DNA of 62,786 nt, counting the filler, from Klebsormidium nitens (taxonomy: Eukaryota > Plantae > Klebsormidiophyceae): assembly GCA_000708835.1 (NCBI GenBank). It is 6 parts of 6 records of this genome, joined end to end, with 100 filler letters (N's around TTAATTAATTAA, not from the genome) between each part and the next. Parts side by side here need not be neighbours in the genome. Positions count along the whole stretch, not along the records: positions 39,234 to 53,620 come from DF238062.1; positions 53,721 to 55,577 come from DF237587.1; positions 55,678 to 60,079 come from DF238505.1; 3 more parts are not named here. One strand, given 5' to 3'. Below are positions 48,191-58,847 of the stretch, piece by piece. The stretch's first letter is position 1. Each line of letters starts with the position of its first letter. Both the position numbers and the translations under genes were made by a program. Below the pieces are notes generated by a model, which was not told the origin of the DNA, did no database searches, and saw nothing but the letters and a program-made list of their open reading frames with translations.

Positions 48191-51100
48191 ATGTCTGCTA
48201 TTTCTGAGGATTGGGAGAGTGTTCCTGTCTTGCCGTCTGAAGTGTCGAGCTTGCTCCTACTTACAGTCAGGTTGCTGGATCTAGCTCTCAGTCGGTTTAC
48301 GTTACTCCTTTGAGGAGAAGTGTTAGGGCACAGTCTGTTGAGTCTGCCGAGTCGGGCATCACTATAACTATTGCTGGTTCTGGGGCTGCTGCTGCTGCTG
48401 TTGCCGCCGCTGCTGCTGCTGCTGCTGCACCTCCTGTTGCGCCAAACGTTGCGACTTGTACGGCTGCTCAGTTTAAGGCATATTGGAATGCACTTCCCAA
48501 TGATGTTGCTAGGATTGCTGCCGAGACGTTGGCTATCCAGGCTGGGAATGCCCCTTAATATTGCTCGTATTGCACGTCTGAACAATCAGTTGGATCAGGC
48601 CCAGAACCAGATTGCTGCTGCAAATGCCAATGTGGCTGCCAGAGCGTCTGCTCCCTCGAAGTTCGAGAACAAGGAGAGTGGTCCTGACATTCGTCAGTGG
48701 TTGCCTATGATTGAGCAGTATTCGGTGAAAACCCCCAATGCAGAGTATCTGCGTATCGCGTCTTCCTACCTTAATGGTAAGCCGAGGTCCTTCTGGATGT
48801 CGACGTGGGAGGCATGGCAGGCAGCCAACCCTGGTGCGTATCCTGGGAATGCGGGTAACCCTGGTCCGTTCGTTGGAACTGCTCGGGATTTCTTCCGTGG
48901 GACTATGATCAGGGGCTATGGTCTTCGTACTCCCATTCAATCTTATTGGGATACCTGAAACAAGTTGTCCCAAGGGTCCAAGAGTGTGGACGAGTATAAT
49001 GTGGAGTTCAACCAGGCCATGGTTAATCTTCGTGAGGAGATTACTGATGAGGCTGTCAAGATCGAGAGGTATCGGTCTGGGCTTTAGCCCGATACTAAAG
49101 AAATGTGCCGTACGTCTCCTACTGGTCAGCGTTGGGCTACGCTTAATGCGAATGGAGAGTATGCGACGCTGATGTGGCCCACTAAATATTCAGGAACGTT
49201 TGGCCAAGCGCAAGTCTTCTCAGCCTGCCAAGTCGGTGGCTGGAAATCGCAAGGCATCTGGTGGAAGTGGTTCTGGACGTTCGTCCAAGGCCAAGTGGGG
49301 GGCTGCCCCCACTGATGAGGAGTATGCCAATGATATGGCCAACCGTCTGTGCCATATTTGCCACAAGCCAGACCATATTGCACGTGCCTGCAGGGAAAGC
49401 CTCCTCCCAGTGGAAGCAAGAACGAGGGCCAAGGCCAGAAGACGGGCAAGAAGTCAGAGAAGGGTTTTCAGGAAGACTAGCCAACGTAGGACAGTTGCCT
49501 AGTCAGGAGAACTCTGTAAAGAATCTGACACAACAGAACTTCCTAAATATTTCAAATGTTACTGGTCGTATCTTTGAAATGGGAGTTCACCGTTCAGAAA
49601 ATTCCATCTTTACAGATGTATGTCCTAACTCAGTCTTTCTGTCATCGTCTATGGCGGGAAAGCATGTGTGGATAAATGCAAGTACAGTTATGGATGTTAC
49701 TGAACGTCTGAGGCATATGCACTCTGCATTTGCTGATAGCCCTACTTATACGTCTGCTTGTGTGTTAGTACGTGACAGCATGCCTATTGCATTGCCTTTG
49801 TTGAAGGATTTTCGTGTTGTGCTGACAGTTCCAAAAGGTGGGTTGGTTTGACAGCTGCAGTCAAACAATACGTGGTCTGTGGTTCGAAGTCCTGCGAAGT
49901 TGCGAGTTCTATATCTTGCTTCTGTTGCCGACAAGGTGTCTGCTGAAGCAGGTTTGTTGACAGCGAAAATTTCGCAGCTTCACAAAGGGGCTCAACTAAG
50001 TTGCCACGTATGATGTTTTTTTGGTAAGGCAGCTGCTCAGAAGGCCAACATCCTCTTGGATTCCGGAGCATCAGTGAATTTCGTCTCTGGCAAATTGCTA
50101 AGCAGACAGGCATAATGGTAAAGTCCTACTGCTCAGAAAGTTCGTCTGGCAGATGACGTGGCTGGCGAAATCCTGGGTGAGGCAATTGTGTATGTGCAGT
50201 TAGGGGCGTTTCACAAGCCTGTGAAGTGCTACGTCAGGAACTTGTTGTTCGAGGTTGATCTTATCTTGGGGGATGAGCTCATGACTAGATATAAGTGCAT
50301 TTTGCACTACGGCAAGGGTGTTGTCATGATTCAGAAAGGGAAAAGACATTTGACTGTACGTAGTCCTCCTCTTCCTCGTTCACGTTCTAACGATGATGAG
50401 AAGTCTAATCGCGATGTGTTGACACACAAGCGCAGTTAAAACGGCTGGTGAAACGAGGCGCGCCCGTGTACCTGGCGTCTTTGAAGCCCATTGATCAGAC
50501 GCTGCCACGTGTTTTACCAGTACCGTAGCAGGCTCTGTGATTGGGGGCAACCAAGATCATGCCACTACACTGTCTGAGCCAACCGTCCAACCAGTCCAAC
50601 CGAGCGACCCAGTCTCAAGTGAGAAGAAATGGGTTTTTGATTTGCTGTCGGAGTTTTCTGATGTGTTTCAGGATCCTCCGCCGGTTGGTTTGCATTGAAT
50701 CTGAGCGTGCAAAAGGTCATGGTGTTCTACAGAGCCAGGGCATCTGCCTACGTTTCGGCAGATGTACCGATTATACCCGTTGGAATATCGTGAGTTGGAG
50801 AAACAGGTCACCGCGTTTTTAAAAGCTGGAATTCTGGAGGTTTCCCAGTCTCCGTATGGTGCTCCTGTGTTGTTTGTCCCTAAGCCTAACGGGCGTGGTC
50901 TTCGTCTGTGTGTTGACTATCGGGCCTTAAACTCGATAACTGTGACGAATCGCTGTACGATCCCTCGCATTGACGATCTGTTGGATGCTGTGAGCGGGTC
51001 GCAGTATTTCACGTCTCTTGATCTGACATCTGGTTATCATCATATTCTAATCTCTGAGGAAGATCGTCCGAAGGCAGCTTTCCGTATGCCTTAATTTCAG

Positions 51101-53600
51101 ACACTTTCAGAGTAAGGTGTTGATTGAGGGTCTGACGAATGTTCCGGCGACGTTTTAAACTGTAATGAATTCCATTTTCGCGCCTTATCTGAAGAAGTTT
51201 GTCGTTGTGTATCTTGAGGACATTTTGATCTTTTCGAGGTCTGAGCAAGAGCATCGAGCGCACGTGCGTTTTGTTATGGATGTTCTGCGTCGCGAACAAT
51301 TTTACGTGACAAAGGCTAAATCCCGCTTCGCTCAGATTGAGATTCAGTATATTTGGGGCATGTTGTAAATGCGCAGGGCGTTCGTCCTGATCCCAAGAAA
51401 ATCAGTGCTGTCCAGTCTTGGCCTGTGCCTAAAAACGTCCACGACGTGCGGTCGTTTCTAGGACTCTGTGATTAGTTTCGCAAGTTTATAGATCACTACT
51501 CGTCGATAGCAGTGCCTCTGACGAACTTAACGAAAAAGTCCGTTGGCTGGGATTGGACTGGGCGGTGTCAAGATGCTTTTGAGAAGCTTAAACGTAGTCT
51601 GATTGAAGCTCCGTTGCATAGGACTCCTGATGAAAAGAAGCCGTATGAAGTCATTACGCATGCTTCTGACTATGGTCTTGGTGCTGTTCTGTTGCAAGAA
51701 GGTCATCCTATTGCATTTGAGTCTCGTAAGTTAAAACTCGGCAGAGCTTAATTACACAGTTACAGAGAAGAAGATGCTGGCTGATGTTTATCTTCTGCGA
51801 GTGTGGCGGTGCTATCTGGAAGGAGCTCAGTTTACTGTGTTCATAGACCACGTGTCGAACTTCACATTCCTTCAAACGCAACCCAGTTTGTCACGGCGAC
51901 AAGCACGTTGGCTAGAATTCTTTCAGCGCTTTGGGGTATTTAAGTGGAAATACCTTATGGGCCAACGTAATGTAGCACAGGCCAGCTATATGAGGTTGGC
52001 ACCCTCCGGAGGATTGGAGGGTCCGACCGTCATTTGACCGGACACCATCAGGACAATTGACCGGAGGAGTCGGGACTTTTCGGTCGCGCGTCCGGTCGGA
52101 GTTCAATTTATCGAGTCAAAATTAAAACCGGCAGAGTTTCGCGTTATTTTCTTTGAGTCTGCGGCCGGGCGGATTTTCAAAGTAGGCGATTTTTTGGCGG
52201 CTTGAACAGGATCCGGAACACCTAACCCTCCCGGCTTTGAGCAGAGGATATATAGGGACTCGGATGCTCAAAGCTGGGAGGGTTAGGTGTTCCACATAAT
52301 GTTTAGCCCGCAAAAAAATGCCAACTTTCGTTATTTCCTAGGCTTTTATTTTTTACCGCAGACTCGCAGAAGCTAACGCGTAATTTCCACGGTTTTAAAT
52401 TGTACTCGATAAATCAAACTCCGACCGACGCGCGATCCAACTCCTCTGTCAATTGTCCTGACGGTATCCGGTCAAATGACGGTCGGACCCTCCAATCCTC
52501 CGGAGGGTGCCAACCTCATATAATTGGCATGTGAGCTGATGCGTTAAGCAGGGAGGATGTGACTGCCAGTCAGCTACCGAGCGTTGACTCTGATAAGGCA
52601 ATCAGCCTTTCGGTGCAGTATTCGCTGCTGCTGGTGTAGCAACACCAAACCGAGGAATGTTCCAGAATAGAAGTGTGTCCGGCCAGACTGTTTCTGTTCG
52701 TGGTGGCCAAAGTGTTTCTAGTCCGACTTTTGACTTGAGTCCTTCCTTGCTCAAGCCTCTTATTGAAGGCAGTCCGGAATTGTCTGGAGAAGTTCAGCGA
52801 GATGCAAACTGGGCGGACTCAAACCAGCTGAGTACCACCTGGGAAGGTTTTGTGTTGAAAAGGAACTCCGAAATAGTTGTCCTTGATGACGTTGAGCTGC
52901 GTAGAAAGATTATCTCTGAGTATCATGATACTTACCGCGGGACACTATGGGATACTCAAACCAAACAGGCAATTGGTCGTTTGTTTTGGCCGGTGGCCTT
53001 CTTTGACAGAGGATGTTACCAAGTATATCTCCTGCTGTGTTTTGTGCCAAAGAGGGAAGGCCCGGAGGCACAGGCCGTTTGGTGCATTGCAGTCTTTTCC
53101 CGTTCCTGAAAAAGCTTGGCAGATTGTCACGTTTGACTTTATTGTCAAGTTGCCTAAGACGGCTCGAGGGAACGATAGTATTTGTGTCATTGTTGATAAG
53201 CTGACAAAAATGGTGCATTTTGTAGCTTGTCGAGAAGACTTATCTGCAAAAGATTGTGCAGAGCTCTATATTGATCAGGTCCGGCGTCTCCATGGTCTGA
53301 GCAAAGAGCTTATTACAAATCGTGATACGCGGTTCACGAGTGCGTTTTGGAAAGGGGTAACGGAGCTTATTGGTACTAGGCACGTTATGTCCTCGTCTTT
53401 CCATCCGCAGACTGACGTTCAGACAGAACGTGTGAATCAAACGCTAGAAACGTATCTTCGTCATTTTGTCTCTGCGCAGCTCAATGACTAGGACACTCTG
53501 TTGTCACGAGCGGAGTTTGCCCATAACTCAGCGTTTCACTCTTCTGTAGGTCAGACACCGTTTTTCCTTAACTCCGGCTCTAACCCAAGGACTCCACCGG
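48191..53600 (+). mobile_element. Ty3/gypsy copy B (gag, MTase-like insert, protease, RT, RNase H, integrase), decayed and interrupted by a MITE
   Basis: gag from ATGTCTGCT at 48191 with poly-Ala; zinc knuckle CHICHKPDHIARAC (about 49350); protease ILLDSGASVNF (about 50050); RT LCVDYRALN, PRIDDLLD, VVVYLEDILIFS; RNase H THASDYGLGAVLLQEGHPIAFESRKL; integrase GHYG, FDFIVKLP, RDTRFTS, HPQTDVQTERVNQTLE. Runs into a gap at 53621. Confidence 0.92.
51976..52533. mobile_element. Foldback MITE (558 bp) with CAC...GTG termini and 2-bp TSD (CMC/EnSpm-Mirage-like)
   Basis: Ends CACAGGCCAGCTATATGAGG and CCTCATATAATTGGCATGTG, with inverted arms of roughly 200 bp. AG is duplicated at 51974-51975 and 52534-52535. 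Removing the element plus one AG restores CAA CGT AAT GTA GCT GAT GCG TTA AGC AGG (QRNVADALSR) in gypsy pol. Confidence 0.92.
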
Positions 53601-53720
53601 GTGAAAAGTTGGAGGATGTGNNNNNNNNNNNNNNNNNNNNNNNNNNNNNNNNNNNNNNNNNNNNTTAATTAATTAANNNNNNNNNNNNNNNNNNNNNNNN
53701 NNNNNNNNNNNNNNNNNNNN

Positions 53721-53909
53721 CCGCGCATTTTGCCAACTTCTCATGTGCGCTTCGTACTCCTCTCGCATGCTATATCATAGCTCGAGGGGCCTTCAAACAT
53801 GCTTCTCAATACCCTCAACCACCTCGAAAAAACGGAATGCAAATCCATACATCAAGACATAGGGTTTTGAAATTGCTCCACTGTTGAATACCGTCAATTA
53901 CCACCTTAA
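53721..53909. repeat. Dispersed repeat copy 2: element end terminating ...TTACCACC|TTAA
   Basis: Similar to 22401-22593. Similarity ends at TTAA 53906-53909. Confidence 0.75.
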
Positions 53910-54101
53910 CAGGTGAAGCTAGTGACAATCGTTCACTAGTGACAACAGTATCCTTATTATCGAGTGAGTCTGGACACTTCTTACTACATTTGCACCTTTT
54001 CAAGATTGCTGAAAACTGGTTGGTCCCACTCAGAATGCCGCATGGCCAAAATTCCTCCATTTTCGTCACGAAACTCCCCGAGGTGTGGATATGGTACATT
54101 C

Positions 54102-54115
54102 TGGTATCAGAGCCA
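54102..54115 (+). other. Primer-binding site complementary to initiator tRNA-Met, preceded by a possible LTR end (...GGTACA)
   Basis: TGGTATCAGAGCCA is a 14-nt match to the complement of the plant tRNAiMet 3' end, three bases after CA (54097-54098). No gag ORF is recognisable downstream. Confidence 0.6.
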
Positions 54116-56041
54116 TACACATCGTGGTCGTGTACGACTTGTGTACAACTTGGGCACGAGGAATGTGACATGGGTACAGTACAAACATACTGTACACGGC
54201 CTGTACCAGGGCTGCACAGTACACGTGAGGTACACGCTTTGCACAAAGCTTAGACACATCCAAGGCATGGGTTTCAGAACTGACATTGAAAGAGCACCCA
54301 ACGCGCACATGAAGCGCATGGCTGGCGCACCTCGCGTAGGCGCTGGGCAAGAAATCAGTACCGCGAGCGTCGGTCCAAACCGGCCCTGCTGCCCCGCGCT
54401 GGCTGCTGGCCGTGCGGAAGCGGGCTGCGCGGCGCCCGGTTGTACACCACAGTCGCCGGTACCAGACCAGTAGCTAGGTACCTCAGTACTGTGTGCGTCA
54501 GGTGTTCACCGGTAACTGCCTTGTCGAATTTAATCACGTGGCTAATCGGAGGCTCCGTATGGCAGGACATCAGACCATCGACGGTTCCACGGATTCTACT
54601 CTGACCTTGAGAAACAACGGTCACCCATTTCAAAACTGTGAACAGAGTTCAAGGCAGAATACTTATCACAAGGACATCATGACGAAGGCGCCTAACTACT
54701 CCTTACCTAGTTTTCAAGAAGCGCAGCATATCAAGCACCTGCGCCATGTTGAGCGTCCAGTGAGGTGAAAAGTGGAGGATCAAGCAATGCCGCGGCAGCA
54801 AGTTCGGGTCTGCGCAAGCCGGCGAGAGCTTGCAGGGGGCTTGCAGGATGACAAGTCGGAAACACTCGAAAGTATGTTCAGAGGTGAGCTTGATTGCATT
54901 GGGCCGGTCCTTTAAAGCAGGTGAAATGTCTCATATGAAATCTATGGGCTGATCAGCTGGTTGCAGCGTAGACAGGTTGCAGCTCGAATTCTAGGTCTGC
55001 AAGCTGGGCCTAAACATGCATGCTATGCTCTTTTGCTAAACCATAACTTTAAGTTCCTATAAGTTTGTTCAATCGGACAATCGTGGATCAATCTTGCAGC
55101 CTTTCCACTGATGTGCTAATGAAGAGCTTGCTGGAAGATTCGTGACTGAAGAATATTCATGAAGTTCTTTCCAATTCTCCAGCTGCCAAAAACCAACTCA
55201 AGCACAGTTGGAGGCAGGAGAAAGGCCATTCTTCCTGTTCTTTGAAAGTCAAGCAGGGATCATTTAGGGGTAAGCTTCCAATCTTACAGTCTCTTGGCTC
55301 TCTGTCCAGAGCTCAAGCTTAGCTGATTAGGCTAGATTGCAATTGTCGGAATTGTGAGCCAAGCAATACTTCATAGATTAGCTCTAGATTAGTTGCATTC
55401 AAGTTGCATAGTAGCAGCATGCAAGGTACCTTCATGTGTATTAAATATACTCTAAATGTATATGCTGTTTAGATTTTTCAGTGAAGAGCTTCTGCCCAGC
55501 CCTCAATCACTCAATGCTTCAACTTTCATATTGAAGAGTCGCGCTGACGTCATCGATAGATGACTATAATCCAACATNNNNNNNNNNNNNNNNNNNNNNN
55601 NNNNNNNNNNNNNNNNNNNNNTTAATTAATTAANNNNNNNNNNNNNNNNNNNNNNNNNNNNNNNNNNNNNNNNNNNNGGACCCCAATAAACGAAGGGTCC
55701 AACATGAATAGGCTATGGCCGTGCATAGGCTATGAGCCTGTGGCGGCGGCGGCGCGATGCGCGCGCGCGCACGCTCAGGATGTGCTATGGCAAGGAGCCA
55801 ATCTGGCGTGACAGCTTGTTGAGTCACCGGGAAACACCTCGAAAACAGCATGCGCTATTCCGCCACTTTTCTGACAAATACTTCTAGACTGCGTGGTGAG
55901 CTGAATCACATCCCTCATTTTAGCAGTGGCACTTCCGTGAGCACTTACGTACGCGACAAATTTGAGAGTTGGTTAAGTACCGGTCCCGTGAAAGAACCTC
56001 GTCAAGCGGGAAACCTCCCCGTGCCTTTCAAGTGGACTTAC

Positions 56042-58847
56042 CCGTCCCTTGTAGTGCGACACAATGCTTTGAAGCCGAGCCACCATTGCCTTGTACAGAT
56101 CGCTCCCCGGAATGCCTCCGGCGGTACTCAGACCGGCAACCCAAGGCTGCACAATCAAGAAAGGCTTGCTCAGTGGATTCGGACTTCCTTCCGGCAGACC
56201 AAATCAACTCGTACAGTTTGGCCGATATGGGCCCCAGCGCCATGGACATTGCTCAACGTAGAAGTGCATGCCCTGAGCTCTTTGTAAACAGCGTTAGAGA
56301 CCGTTCTCCGAAGCTGGATTCAGAGCGCAGTCTGCCCAATAAAACACCGTTCGAACATGGATTCTGCGCTCATTCCAACCAGAACTTGTAGCCATGCCCA
56401 TAAACACCGTTTGAAGTTTGATTCTGCGCTTCTTCCAACCGAAAGCCACCGTCTGAAGCTGGATTCAGAGCCCACTTCGATCCGAGCCGACCGGAAGCCA
56501 CTGCTCGAAGCTGCATACAGCCAAGTTCGTCCCCTAGCAGGCTTCTCCCATCTGAAGCCCACTCCGACCTTGAAGTAAGCACCAATCTCCACCGAGGTTC
56601 ACCCATTGAAGCTCGATTCTGTATGAACCCATCCCGACAGAGTTAAGACCGGGGAGCTGACCTGGATCACCTCCGCGACGTCCCAGAAGATGTTGTGGCC
56701 ACGCACGGGGATGTTGTTCCGGTTGCAAAAATCGAGCATGGCGTCTGGAACGGAATAGTCGAACGTGGGGCCGTTGGGGTCGGTGGAATACCACTTCATC
56801 TCGTTCTCGAAGACTGCGGGAGAATATGACGCGTTCGGTTGAAATGACGACAACAATGAAGACCTAATTGAAGACAGAAATGGAAAGGACAGATGTCTGC
56901 GGCTTTACGATCCGTCCTCTGTTTTCTAGTAGAAAGCTGCGCACGGGATAACATTTCGTCGACTCTGATCACCACTTTCGCAACCAGCAGTTTCAAAACC
57001 AGTTTGGGAGGAATGATTCAACAAGCTGGAAGGGTTCTGAGAGTTAACACCTTACTACCTGGAAAATAAGCTTGGACCGGGAAAAAGCTCTCCGTGCATA
57101 CTACTCACCAGCGTGGTTGAACAGTGACTTGAAGTAGTTTGCATAAGGCGTGGACGTCAGGACCACGGCTTCAAGTGAGCCTCCGAAGGGAAAGGAGGTC
57201 CGCGTCTGGGTGATCTGGACGGAGGCGCCAGGCACCGGATTGTTGCTGGCGTCAACGACCTGGACGCTGACGTCAGTCTTGCGGATCTGCAGAAGGAGGA
57301 TCGAAATGAGAGCCTTGAGTTGTGAAGGATTTGGCGCCAACGGCTGTTATTGGGCTCAGAGAGCTGGGGATTTGGGGGCGGCCAGACAATTCCAGTCTTG
57401 ACTCTGGGTCTTTATCCTGGCACGGACGTAATGGACACGGTTATACCAAGGAACCAATAGACTGTTTAAACAGGATGCGAAATGGACATTAATGGGCTTG
57501 GTTAGCACTTACCGCAGCAGTGCGGGCGGCCAAGTCGTTGAGGTAAAAGTTCTTGGGCACGGAAAAAATGGACACGGCGTGCGGCTATCTTTCTACCAGT
57601 TGACCAATGGAAAGTTTGACCAGGATGCGGAACGAGTTTTAACCGACCGGTTAAGCTAGCACTTACCGCAGCAGTCCGAGCAGCCAAATCGTTGAGGTAC
57701 AGGTTCTTGGGCACGGAGATAATGGACACGGCGTGCAGCCAGATGTCCTGGTTGGTAACGCCTTGCAGACGGACGTCTACTCTGTTAGGCACCGCTTGGA
57801 TTTGGTAACCCGAGGAAAGCAGAGACCAGCAGCCCACCTTTGCAATCAGGACGGCACCTGCAGAAAGGAAAATTAAAGGCGCCGCTTTAATACGCAAGGC
57901 TTCCAAGTCCCTACAGGTTTTAGGGTGAGGGCTTTTGACGTGGACGTCGACGCTGTGATTAGGCATCGCTCGGAACTGGTGCCACGCGGAGAGCATGGAG
58001 CGGCAGCCAAGCTTTGCAATGAGGACGGCACCTGCAGAAATATCACGTACGTCTTTCAGGGCTTTGAAAGTTCTACGAGTCTTGCACTTATAAGGGTTGA
58101 ACTGGGCGGACGGCGACCGGTCTGGTAATCATAGTTAATGCTGAATTTGGTACCCGGCAGAGACCAGCAGCCAACCTCGGTGATCAGGATGGCACCTGCA
58201 ACTTTAGTTTGCATGAGTACATTGTACACCTCGGGTCGCAGTCGTTCATCTTTTTAGATTATGCAAAGGTTTTCTTGAATTTCGCCTTTGCTAGAAATCT
58301 AAGCCTCTGCTTAGAAAATAAAGATAAGCTGGCTGTCGAGGGGCTGAGGTGTGATTGGTCCATCGGCGTCTCTTCAACCTAGTTCCCTGCAGAGAGCGAA
58401 GACCAGCGCCGCCCTAGCAACCAGAACGGTACCTCCGACTAGTAAAAGTGAAATCCTCATTTGTAAGGTTTCAGGGCTCCAGGTATCTGGATTCAAAAGG
58501 TACGACAAAAAAATTCGGTTCCAACAGTTGCACAAAGTTGTAGGCTCTTGACACCAATCCAGCAAGGAAGCTACTTTGAGAACTGATTTACGGTGGGACG
58601 AGCACTGAGCCCAAACCGTCCTGAATCCTGAAGCGTTAAAAGCTGGTTCTTGCCTGCGCACACGTAATCGCCGTTGACGACAAAGTTGAGGTCCATCTTG
58701 AATTGGGAGTTTGCCCCGGGGCCTAGCTGCACCCAGAACAACACCTGCTGTTGGGACCCTACCGGCACGGTACTGCCCGGGAGAGTGAACGAGAAGGCCT
58801 TGAAGGCGGCGTTGACGTTCGTGAGGCGCACGTACGGAGTGCCGTCG
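56042..58847 (-). CDS. GH10 endo-1,4-beta-xylanase with N-terminal CBM-like domain (partial model)
   Basis: Exons 58847-58654 (GC donor), 57857-57667 (GAVLIAKVGCWSLLSSG), 57286-57109 (IRKTDVSVQVVDASNNPVPGASVQITQTRTSFPFG), 56813-56662 (VFENEMKWYST...VRGHNIFWD), 56146-56042 (LYKAMVARLQSIVSHYKGR). The start exon and the catalytic WDVxNE and later exons were not found; they may lie in the gap at 55578-55677 or be missing. Confidence 0.88.

Noticed and set aside
47060-48430. (CAG)n/(GCT)n runs at about 47060-47100 and 48380-48430 as independent microsatellites
   Set aside because: They are the poly-Ala tract of the gypsy gag in the two inverted copies.
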